Part shown: piece by piece, positions 19,116 to 27,601 of the stretch
Numbering within the stretch: the stretch's first letter is position 1
How the letters are laid out: each line of letters begins with the position of its first letter
NCBI GenBank assembly: GCA_027021335.1
Contig: JALUUO010000018.1
Coordinates: 1,571-65,570, forward strand
DNA: 64,000 nt
Source: Nitrospirota bacterium
Lineage (GTDB): Bacteria; Nitrospirota; Thermodesulfovibrionia; SZUA-242
Direction: 5' to 3'
The notes under the pieces: model-generated
The model's input: only the letters and a program-made list of their open reading frames with translations
What the model was told of the DNA's origin: nothing
Databases searched by the model: none
Program-made: the position numbers and the translations under genes

Positions 19116-20651
19116 TTGAAAAAAGGTATAGTTTATATAGTCGGAGCAGGTCCCGGTGATACGGGCCTCTTTACAGTCAGAGGCAAGCAGTGCCTGGAGA
19201 CGGCTGATGTTGTGGTATATGATTACCATGTCAATGCCCAGCTTCTGAGCTTTGCAAGTCGTAACGCAGAATTTATTTTTGCCGGAAAACGCGGCGGCCA
19301 TCATACTCTCACACAGGATCAGATCAATGCTGCGCTGATAGAACATGCCAGTCTTGGCAAGGTCGTATGCAGGCTTAAAGGTGGAGACCCTTTTATATTC
19401 GGCAGGGGTGGTGAAGAGGCGGAAGTCCTTGTGTCTGCCGGAATTCCTTTTGAAGTGGTTCCTGGAATCAGTTCTGCTATTGCGGCTCCGGCTTATGCCG
19501 GTATTCCCCTGACACACCGTAAGTTCGCAACTACTGTAGCTTTTATTCCAGGACATGAGGACCGTGAGAAAGAGGAAAGCTCGATCGCATGGGACAAGAT
19601 AGTAGGCGTTTCCACGCTTGTCTTTTTGATGGGCGTCAAAAATCTTCCGTTTATTGCGGCACAGCTTATGAAGTATGGACGCAGCGCTGATACCCCGATT
19701 GCGATTATACGCTGGGGTACGCGGGCTGAGCAGGCATCTATAACATCTACACTGGGCGGAGTTGTTCAACTGGTAAAGGAAAGAGACATAAGGCCACCTG
19801 CCGTGATGGTGGTGGGAGACGTGGTGAATTTAAGAAAAAGCTTAAAGTGGTTTGAGACAAAGCCCATGTTTGGCAGGCGTATTCTAGTTACCAGGAAACA
19901 TTCGGACGGATTTGAGTCTCTTAAAAAACTCGGAGCTGAAATACTGGAGTTTCCCACGATCGAGCAGCGGGAGCCGAAATCCTGGGATGAAGCTGATCAG
20001 GCTATTAGTGAGATTGAGAGCTATAACTGGATTGTATTTACGAGCAAAAACGGAGTCGTATATTTCTTCAAACGTTTTTTTGAACTGCAACGGGATATCA
20101 GGGATCTAAAGGGTATAAAAATCTGTGCTGTCGGTCCTAAGACCAGGGAGAAGATCGAACAATACGGACTTCGGGTGGCCCTGGTACCAGAAGTCTTTCG
20201 TGCCGAGGGTTTAGTGAGGGCCTTCGGCAGTGTTAAAGGAATGCGCTTTCTTCTGCCCAGAGCCGAGGAGGCGCGTGAAGAATTTCCAGAGGCGGTAAAG
20301 GCGGCCGGAGCTCAAATAAGCGTGGCCACTGTTTACCGCACCATATGTCCGCAACATCATGGAAAACAGTTAATACGGTTTCTTAAAGAGGGACGTATCA
20401 CTGTGGCAACTTTTACAAGCGCTTCAACATTTAACAACCTGGTCAGTATGACAGGACACCAGGCAAAGGATCTTCTTAAGAATGTAACTCTGGCCGCAAT
20501 AGGTCCTGTAACAAGACAGGCTATAGAAAAACAAGGACTTAAGGTTACGATTATGCCGGAACATTCCACGGTTGATGCCATGGTCGAATCTATCCGGGAC
20601 TGGGCTTTGGATCAACCAAGAACCAACTCAAAAATAAATAGGAAAAAATAA
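19116..20651 (+). CDS. cobA/hemD: bifunctional uroporphyrinogen-III C-methyltransferase / uroporphyrinogen-III synthase (CobA-HemD fusion)
   Basis: N-terminal tetrapyrrole methylase domain (GIVYIVGAGPGDTGLFTVRG...VVYD) fused to a ~250-aa HemD-like C-terminal domain. TTG start with an upstream GA-rich RBS. Confidence 0.8.
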   Translation: MKKGIVYIVGAGPGDTGLFTVRGKQCLETADVVVYDYHVNAQLLSFASRNAEFIFAGKRGGHHTLTQDQINAALIEHASLGKVVCRLKGGDPFIFGRGGEEAEVLVSAGIPFEVVPGISSAIAAPAYAGIPLTHRKFATTVAFIPGHEDREKEESSIAWDKIVGVSTLVFLMGVKNLPFIAAQLMKYGRSADTPIAIIRWGTRAEQASITSTLGGVVQLVKERDIRPPAVMVVGDVVNLRKSLKWFETKPMFGRRILVTRKHSDGFESLKKLGAEILEFPTIEQREPKSWDEADQAISEIESYNWIVFTSKNGVVYFFKRFFELQRDIRDLKGIKICAVGPKTREKIEQYGLRVALVPEVFRAEGLVRAFGSVKGMRFLLPRAEEAREEFPEAVKAAGAQISVATVYRTICPQHHGKQLIRFLKEGRITVATFTSASTFNNLVSMTGHQAKDLLKNVTLAAIGPVTRQAIEKQGLKVTIMPEHSTVDAMVESIRDWALDQPRTNSKINRKK

Positions 20652-20667
20652 AATATAAAAATAAAAA

Positions 20668-22572
20668 ATGACAAAGAAAAAAGATAACAAGAAAAGAATG
20701 CTGGTCAATGCTGTTCACCCGGAAGAGTGCCGAGTAGCTATTGTAGCCGGAGATGAGTTAGAAAATATTTATATAGCAACCGCTTCCAGGCAGCAGAGCA
20801 AAGGGAATATTTATAAGGGTGTTGTTATGCGTGTGGAGCCAGGTTTGCAGGCTGCATTTGTAGAGTTTGACAAGGGACAAAAAAACGGATTTCTACAATT
20901 TCGAGAGATTCGTCCCGATTACTATAAACCTAAGGCCAAGACCTCCGGCGAAATCGGCACAGCCGAAACCGTCACATCCGAAGATAAAACCGGTAAGACT
21001 GCAAATAAAAGCAGTAATACTGCAAACAAAGGTGGTACTGTTGCAGCACGCCAGAAAATTCAGGATGTGATCTCCAAGAAACAGGAGATGCTTGTACAGG
21101 TCGACAGTGACGCGCGTGATCTTAAAGGTGCCAGTCTCACGACCCATATTTCTCTTGCCGGGCGCTACATGGTGATGATGCCTGGCCAGGAAAGGTTGGG
21201 GATATCGCGCAGGATCGAGAAAGCCAAAGACAGGGATAATATTCGCAAGATATTCAGTAAATTAGATCCTCCCAAAGATGCCGGGTTTATTGTTCGAACA
21301 TCCGGACTTGACCAGAGTGAAGCCACCCTTAAGGCGGACCTTGACTACCTGGTTGGCCGATGGGAAGAGATCAAAAAGAAGGCGGAAAAGGCCAAAGCCC
21401 CCTGCCTGATACACCAGGAGGAAGACGTTGTTATAAGGGCCATTAGGGATCACTTGACTGATGATGTAGATGAAATCCTGATTGATGACAGAGATGTCAG
21501 CAGAAGAGTCAAGGAGTATTTCAAACACCATATTCCCAAATACCAGAAGCGCGTTAAATTACACCGTGATAAACGGCCTCTTTTTTTCAAATTTGCAGTC
21601 GAGGATAAACTTGAGCTGATTCATGACAGACAGGTGCCTTTGCCCTCCGGGGGTTCTATCGTGATTGATACAACAGAGGCTCTTACAGCCATTGATGTAA
21701 ATTCGGGCAAAACCCGCGGTGAAAAAGATATCGAGGATCTTGCCTTGAGGACAAACCTTGAGGCTCTCCAGGAGATTGCCCGACATCTCCGGCTGCGGGA
21801 TTTGGGCGGCCTTATAGTTATAGACTTTATCGATATGCGACCGGCGAAAAACAGAAAGACCGTGGAAGAAAAGCTTCGTGAGGCACTCAAAAAAGACAAG
21901 GCCAAAATAGATATCTCCCGCATCTCGAAGTTTGGTCTTCTGGAGATGTCCCGCGAACGTCTACGGCCCAGCTTTCATGCTCACAACTATGTTGCCTGCC
22001 CTGTATGTAACGGCATGGGCCGTTACAGGGCGCCGGAATTCCTGGCTCTTGCGGTTCTTCGCGAGCTTCAGGAGGTTTTGGAAAATGAGGAAAATCTGCT
22101 TGGCGCCTCTGCCAGACTGCCCGTGGATGCGGCGAATTACCTGCTTAATAACAAACGGCAGGAACTTCTCGACCTTGAGAAGCGTGCTGGCAAGCCGGTC
22201 CTGGTGGTGGCTGCAGATGACGTGCCACCCGGTAGTTACAAGCTGGTAGTTGAGCGAGAAGGCCAGCAGGCCGAGGATAAAGAGAGGGCGGCATCTAAAA
22301 CGGAAGATGCTGCTCCTAAAAATAAAAGAAAACGCCGTCAAAAAAAGAAACGTCGTACGGAACCTGTTGAAGACGGAGAATCCAGGGAAAGCAAAGCAGA
22401 AAAAGAAGAAAAACCAAAAGAGTCGGCCGAAAGAGAACCGGAAAGGCCGGAGAAACCGGATAAACAAGCTGCTACTGTACCGGAAAAACGTAAGAGAAAA
22501 AGAACAAGGCGGAAGCCGAAAGTTGCAGATACTGCGGTTGCGGAAAAAGCGAGCGAACCGGAGGCAACTTAG
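20668..22572 (+). CDS. rng: ribonuclease E/G family endoribonuclease with a basic K/R/E-rich C-terminal tail
   Basis: RNase E/G N-terminal S1 domain (MLVNAVHPEECRVAIV...GNIYKGVVMRVEPGLQAAFVEF) and DNase-I-like catalytic core (TEALTAIDVNSGK). 634 aa. Lies 16 bp after cobA/hemD. Confidence 0.8.
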   Translation: MTKKKDNKKRMLVNAVHPEECRVAIVAGDELENIYIATASRQQSKGNIYKGVVMRVEPGLQAAFVEFDKGQKNGFLQFREIRPDYYKPKAKTSGEIGTAETVTSEDKTGKTANKSSNTANKGGTVAARQKIQDVISKKQEMLVQVDSDARDLKGASLTTHISLAGRYMVMMPGQERLGISRRIEKAKDRDNIRKIFSKLDPPKDAGFIVRTSGLDQSEATLKADLDYLVGRWEEIKKKAEKAKAPCLIHQEEDVVIRAIRDHLTDDVDEILIDDRDVSRRVKEYFKHHIPKYQKRVKLHRDKRPLFFKFAVEDKLELIHDRQVPLPSGGSIVIDTTEALTAIDVNSGKTRGEKDIEDLALRTNLEALQEIARHLRLRDLGGLIVIDFIDMRPAKNRKTVEEKLREALKKDKAKIDISRISKFGLLEMSRERLRPSFHAHNYVACPVCNGMGRYRAPEFLALAVLRELQEVLENEENLLGASARLPVDAANYLLNNKRQELLDLEKRAGKPVLVVAADDVPPGSYKLVVEREGQQAEDKERAASKTEDAAPKNKRKRRQKKKRRTEPVEDGESRESKAEKEEKPKESAEREPERPEKPDKQAATVPEKRKRKRTRRKPKVADTAVAEKASEPEAT

Positions 22573-22590
22573 GTCGACACAATTTAGCTG

Positions 22591-22833
22591 TTATTTACAT
22601 CCAGAGCAGCTTGTAGACTTGCATCCTTTGGCAGGCTCGGGGCTGCATGAATTTTCGGTCTCCGGCAGTGAAATTTTACCTTCGGCCTTCAGCTTTTCAG
22701 TATGTTTTTTTATCATTGTATTTATTCGGCTGCTTGCCTCTTCCTTGGTTTTTGCCTTCACAACAAAACCGAACATACTGCATGTGGCCTTGTAGCCGCC
22801 GTCGCTTGGTTCTAATAAAACTTGTACCGGCAT
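22591..22833 (-). CDS. small protein with a HicB/UPF0150-like N-terminal fold and a Cys-rich C-terminal tail (CSPEPAKGCKSTSCSGCK)
   Basis: 80-aa ORF immediately downstream of the CooT-like gene (2-nt gap). A DGGY...EEA pattern and four Cys in the last 18 residues. Confidence 0.4.
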   Translation of the reverse strand: MPVQVLLEPSDGGYKATCSMFGFVVKAKTKEEASSRINTMIKKHTEKLKAEGKISLPETENSCSPEPAKGCKSTSCSGCK

Positions 22834-22835
22834 TA

Positions 22836-23024
22836 TTAATCTCCGGTTAGAATGATTTTGTGCTTTATCAATGAAATTTCCTTTACTTTTCCCTCAAAAG
22901 TCTTCTGCTCACCAAACAGGTTCCTCATGAATATTTTCCCTTCCTCAGGGCGCAGTATATCCACACTCTCGAGGTACAACTCCTCTGCTCCGTCTTTCTC
23001 GATATAAGCGTTGGCTTCACACAT
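22836..23024 (-). CDS. CooT-family small protein (putative nickel-binding, Cys2)
   Basis: 62 aa beginning MCEANAYIEKDG... with LFGEQKTFEGKVKEISLIKHKIIL. The N-terminal Met-Cys and overall pattern match CooT (R. rubrum / Carboxydothermus CooT are about 63-66 aa and start MC...). Confidence 0.45.
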   Translation of the reverse strand: MCEANAYIEKDGAEELYLESVDILRPEEGKIFMRNLFGEQKTFEGKVKEISLIKHKIILTGD

Positions 23025-23433
23025 TTACTTTCTCCTTTACAATCTTTATAAGTTCTTCAACAAGGTGCGGAAGGGGTTCTTTTTTAAGTCCGACCATCAC
23101 CACCAGCTCTTGGTTTAGAGGCAGCAGGAACTTATCGGCATGGCTGGAAGAGAGAGCTTCAGCCATCTTAGGGGTTACCTCTCCCAGCATTCCGTTGGCA
23201 AGAACCACGCTGACAGGACCCGTTATCAGATCTGCCATAGAGCTGCTCCATACAATAGCGTTTTCACCGGTTGCCCCCCGATTCGCCTTTGCTCGCATCA
23301 TGGCTGCGGTCGCTGCTGCATTGGTTCCAAGCGCTGTTATATCAACGGTTTCTCCAAATGTTTCCCTGAGTCTTTTTACGATCAGTGCTCCGATTCCACC
23401 GCCCTGACCGTCTACCACGGCGATCTTAAACAT
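23017..23433 (-). CDS. conserved hypothetical protein with a GQGGGIG N-terminal motif (DUF3842-like)
   Basis: MFKIAVVDGQGGGIGALIV...ALGTNAAATAAMMRAKANRGATGENAIV. First gene of a tightly overlapping three-gene minus-strand module. Confidence 0.4.
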   Translation of the reverse strand: MFKIAVVDGQGGGIGALIVKRLRETFGETVDITALGTNAAATAAMMRAKANRGATGENAIVWSSSMADLITGPVSVVLANGMLGEVTPKMAEALSSSHADKFLLPLNQELVVMVGLKKEPLPHLVEELIKIVKEKVNV

Positions 23434-23533
23434 AAACGGAGTATATAATAAGAGGACAAATGCCTGTCAAGCTCGGACTGAGCAGTTATGAGCAGTGAAC
23501 GGCAGATTTGAGATTAATAGTAAGGAGTTTTGA

Positions 23534-26500
23534 ATGCGTTGCAGGCATAGGAAGAAGACGGCGATTATATTGGTGTTGCTTGCCGGCTTGTTTTTTTCGG
23601 CGGGACTATACCTGTTAAGTAGCCGGTACCTTACTGAACAATTTAGAACACGTGTGCAGTCGCGTCTTGAGGCGTCTACAGGGCTTAACATAAGGCTTGA
23701 GAACATTACCGTATCTCCACTTCCGTTTTTCATCGAAGCAAAAGGGCTCAATATCTCTGATTCTGCCGGAGTAGAAAAATCCGTCTTATCCGTGGCTAAG
23801 GTCAGGGCATATATTGATCCTGTGGCCTTTTTGCTTCGGCAAAAGGTTCTTGTCAGCTATCTGTGGGTGCGCGGTGCAAAACTGGATGGCGAGATCGGCA
23901 GTATGGGCATTGTTTTTTCGTCGCTTAAAAATCAGCGTTCATCTGCGGCTGATAGAAAAAAGATGCCTGGATTGCCAACGGTTGGATTTGGCATACGGCG
24001 GATCTTAATTGAAGACTCCGGATTTGACCTGAAGGATGCATCCACGGGTGTTTCATTAAATTTTAAAAATATTCGTATTACCGGAGATGGAGAGGCGCCC
24101 TATAGGATTGATGTCGAGGCTGAAGACATTAATATCGGTTACAAGGACCGGCCTGACATTCAAGCGGCTTTATCAGGAAATATTTCTATCCGGCCCGATA
24201 ACAAGGTGATTCTTAACTCTCTTAAAGTTCAGTCACTTGGTTCTGAAATTAAGCTGCAGGGAGAGTCTCTGGAAGACGGGTTTTCTCTGAATCTGGATGC
24301 AAATATTTTTATGGACTCGATCAATAAAGCACTTGCCCTCAAGGGGCCGAACAAAGGAAGTGTATCTGTTACCGGTTCACTTAAGGCGGACAACGGACTT
24401 ATTCAGGGTAAACCACTTGAGGCTCTTGTGCTGGATCTTGATGTCAAAGGTGACGGGTACGTGGAAAACCTTTTTGAGTCGCTTGGCATATTGCCGGTTG
24501 TGCAGGGACATGTGTCTGCTAAGGCCCGTATCTACGGTGCTGTCAACAAGGTTGAGGCGGAAGGAGAACTTGAGCTTGAAGACGGCAAGATTCTTAAACT
24601 GGACGAAGCTTACCTTAAAACTAAATTTCGTTATGCCGGCAGGTCTCTTGATTTTTCGGACGGTAGTGGAAGAATCATCGGAGGCACGGCTGATGATATA
24701 GCAGTGGGCATCAAATTCGGCAAAAAGGTCGGTTACAAAGTAAATTGCCGTGTTTCGGATGTGGACAGCATCAGGCTTTTCCGCATGATTGGCTGGACCC
24801 CTCCACACCGCCGGGGAGGAATTACCGGTAATGTAAAAATTGCCGGAACAGCAGGAGATAACTCCAGTATAAAGCTTACCGGCCTGGCAGAATACAAAAG
24901 CAATGGTATAGGAACCGCTTTGTACGAGAGGGTTACAAGGGCTAAGGCCGGTTTTGCTTTAGATGAAGGCATACTTGTTCTTAAGCCGGTGACACTGTTT
25001 GGCCCATCGGCAGAGGCTAAGGTTGCAGGCAGGGTAGATCTAGGCAGGAAAAGGCTGGCAATAGACTTTAATGCCGGGGGGGAAGAGATTGCCGAATTAA
25101 TATCAGGGTATTATCAAGACCTGCATGGCGGTTTTCGTCTGGACGGCCGTGTGGACGGCCCGTTTACTCAGATCCTGGTGGCCGGCAATATCAGTTTAAC
25201 CGGGGGATCGGTTGCCGGGTTTGAGCTTGATTCGGTGGATGGAGATTTTAACTTTCTTGGAAAACGTCTCGGTTTTGACCATGTGGTGTTAAGAGCCGGC
25301 GATGCAATGGTCGAGGCGGCCGGCACGGTTTTGTTTAAAGCCGAAGGTCGGCAGCCTGCTTTTGGTGAGCCTTATTTCAGGCTTGGAGCCGATGTGCGTG
25401 GACTAAATCCTGTCCCTGTACTTGAGGTGATAGGGCTTAAAAACGGTATAGAAAAAATCTTCGACTCGTCTGCTTATCCCATGGTCTCGGGCAAGCTTAA
25501 CCTGACAGGAAGCCTGGATGATTTCGACCTTGACCTTGCTATGAACTCAGAAGATGGAAAGCTCTACGGTCAGTCCTACGACCGCATCGAAACAGAAATC
25601 AGTGTTACAAATGACAAAATCAATATTCGCAGCTTTGAGGCGAGGAAAAACCGTTCCATTCTGCAGGCTGCCGGCACAATAGGACTGCTTAACACAGACC
25701 GTAGGTACTGCCTGAATTTTACAGGTTCGGACATTTACATTGACGATCTGGATATTATTCCAGACGAATTAAGCGGCAGAATCAGTATAAGCACTGATTG
25801 CCTTAAAGGTGACGGCAGGGATGGTAAAAAAGTCGATGGTAGAGGCATGGTTCGAATGCAGGATCTGTCATACCGCGGTGTCGAGCTGGGAGGAGGCGAG
25901 CTAAAGCTCAAGCTTGTAGGTGACAAGTTGTCTTTTAAAGGCATGGCTATTGATGGACTTTGCTTGCTGGAGGGCTGGAGTATTTTTTCCGGACAACCTG
26001 CTTGGTCTGTAGATGCTGCATTTAAAAGTTCGGACTATACCGGTATAGTCATCCCTTTTCTTAATAATCTCAACGAAGAGCCCCCAGATGATCTGTATAT
26101 ATATGGTGGGGCCGATATGAGCGCAAAATACCTTGAGCAGGAGTTATCTGTGCTTGCAAGTATCAAGGGGTTGGACTTAAAGGCCTACAATACCACTTTC
26201 GAGGCTGATGAGCCTGTGGTCATGTCCCTGGAGGGACGTAACCTCAGGTTTAAATCGTTTTCTTTAAGAAGCGGAAAGAGTCATTTTGAGGTAAAAGGCG
26301 GTATGGCCTTAGGACAAACGTATGACCTTTCAATGGCTGGAACACTTAATCTTGCTCTTGTCAGACAACTGTTTCCGGGTTTCAGAGGTCTTAGCGGAGA
26401 GGGATTGGTTGATCTAAGCGTGACGGGACAATGGAATGATCCTGAAGTCAATGGAAGTCTGTCCCTGGAAGGTGTAAGCCTGTCATTTAGAGATATGCCC

Positions 26501-27598
26501 GGACGCCTGAGCGGTATGAAAGGCAGGGTGGTTCTTAAAGACAAGCGTTTAAGCATCGATTCGTTGACTGCCGGATGGGGCGGCGGCCGGTTGAAAGTTA
26601 ATGGAAGTGGTGCTTTTGACATGTTTTCTTTAGGAAATTTTCACTTTGAGGCGGAAGTTTCTAATGTAGCCCTAAGACCGGTAAAAGGCCTTTATGTTGT
26701 ATTTGACGGCCGCATGTATCTGGATAGCTTGGAAGGAGAAAAACTTATAAGCGGCAATATCGCTTTTAACAAAGCGGTTTACAGGGGTCGTGTGGATTAC
26801 AAAACATGGATGGTAAAGGCAAGGCGAAAGGAGCTGCTGGTGCCTGAAAAAAGCTGGTTCAGCGAAGCGGAATTAAATCTGCATGTTACAGGGGTTGATA
26901 ATATCCGTGTGGAGAACAACATTGCCAGAGCCCGTCTCAAAGCGGATTTATACCTTAAAGGAACGGTTGACAAGCCGGGAATAGCTGGGCGTATCGAGGC
27001 TGATGGAGGCAAGGTGTTTTTCAGAAGTCATGAGTTTAATATTCTTACGGCAAGCGCTGACTTTATTGATCCGCACCGGTTAAATCCTACACTTAATGTC
27101 TCGGCTGAAACATGGGTGCAGGGTTATCTGGTAAAACTTTCCCTGGAGGGTCCGATGGATCAGTTCAAAATGATGTTGTATTCTGATGATCCGAAGTTGT
27201 CCGAGACAGATATCCTGGCGCTTCTGACCGTGGGAACAATAGGCAAAGATGTCGAGAATCTTGGGGAAAACATAGGGGCGGCCGAAGCTGCATCGTTTCT
27301 TGCCGGAGACTTGCAGGACAAGATAGAAAAACGTTTTATAAGCCTGACCGGTTTCGACCGGTTTCAACTGGATCCGCATGTTAACAAGGCGCTTGGAACC
27401 ATGGGGCCGAGAGTTACGGTAAGCAAAAAGCTGCTCTCCGACAAGTTGTTCGTAACATATTCAGCTGATATCGGAACAACAGAGGGGCAGGCTGTGCAGC
27501 TTGAGTATCATCTAACAAGGGATGTTTCCCTGATTGGGCAGAGGGATGAGCTCGGCGGTACAGGCGCAGATATCAGGGTGCATTTTAATTTTGACTAA
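23534..27598 (+). CDS. tamB: translocation and assembly module subunit TamB (AsmA-like / DUF490)
   Basis: 1354 aa with an N-terminal signal anchor, a long beta-rich repetitive body and a characteristic C-terminal DUF490-like end (...LEYHLTRDVSLIGQRDELGGTGADIRVHFNFD). Confidence 0.7.
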   Translation: MRCRHRKKTAIILVLLAGLFFSAGLYLLSSRYLTEQFRTRVQSRLEASTGLNIRLENITVSPLPFFIEAKGLNISDSAGVEKSVLSVAKVRAYIDPVAFLLRQKVLVSYLWVRGAKLDGEIGSMGIVFSSLKNQRSSAADRKKMPGLPTVGFGIRRILIEDSGFDLKDASTGVSLNFKNIRITGDGEAPYRIDVEAEDINIGYKDRPDIQAALSGNISIRPDNKVILNSLKVQSLGSEIKLQGESLEDGFSLNLDANIFMDSINKALALKGPNKGSVSVTGSLKADNGLIQGKPLEALVLDLDVKGDGYVENLFESLGILPVVQGHVSAKARIYGAVNKVEAEGELELEDGKILKLDEAYLKTKFRYAGRSLDFSDGSGRIIGGTADDIAVGIKFGKKVGYKVNCRVSDVDSIRLFRMIGWTPPHRRGGITGNVKIAGTAGDNSSIKLTGLAEYKSNGIGTALYERVTRAKAGFALDEGILVLKPVTLFGPSAEAKVAGRVDLGRKRLAIDFNAGGEEIAELISGYYQDLHGGFRLDGRVDGPFTQILVAGNISLTGGSVAGFELDSVDGDFNFLGKRLGFDHVVLRAGDAMVEAAGTVLFKAEGRQPAFGEPYFRLGADVRGLNPVPVLEVIGLKNGIEKIFDSSAYPMVSGKLNLTGSLDDFDLDLAMNSEDGKLYGQSYDRIETEISVTNDKINIRSFEARKNRSILQAAGTIGLLNTDRRYCLNFTGSDIYIDDLDIIPDELSGRISISTDCLKGDGRDGKKVDGRGMVRMQDLSYRGVELGGGELKLKLVGDKLSFKGMAIDGLCLLEGWSIFSGQPAWSVDAAFKSSDYTGIVIPFLNNLNEEPPDDLYIYGGADMSAKYLEQELSVLASIKGLDLKAYNTTFEADEPVVMSLEGRNLRFKSFSLRSGKSHFEVKGGMALGQTYDLSMAGTLNLALVRQLFPGFRGLSGEGLVDLSVTGQWNDPEVNGSLSLEGVSLSFRDMPGRLSGMKGRVVLKDKRLSIDSLTAGWGGGRLKVNGSGAFDMFSLGNFHFEAEVSNVALRPVKGLYVVFDGRMYLDSLEGEKLISGNIAFNKAVYRGRVDYKTWMVKARRKELLVPEKSWFSEAELNLHVTGVDNIRVENNIARARLKADLYLKGTVDKPGIAGRIEADGGKVFFRSHEFNILTASADFIDPHRLNPTLNVSAETWVQGYLVKLSLEGPMDQFKMMLYSDDPKLSETDILALLTVGTIGKDVENLGENIGAAEAASFLAGDLQDKIEKRFISLTGFDRFQLDPHVNKALGTMGPRVTVSKKLLSDKLFVTYSADIGTTEGQAVQLEYHLTRDVSLIGQRDELGGTGADIRVHFNFD

Positions 27599-27601
27599 AA
27601 T

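Noticed and set aside
19017-19769. 250-aa minus-strand ORF overlapping hemC/cobA
   Set aside because: Antisense to two well-supported genes; Cys/Arg-rich nonsense composition.
21961-22795. 168-aa minus-strand ORF and 181-aa plus-strand K/R-rich ORF overlapping the RNase E/G 3' region
   Set aside because: They are alternative or antisense frames of the Lys/Arg/Glu-rich rne tail. Low-complexity codon repeats generate long spurious ORFs in all frames.
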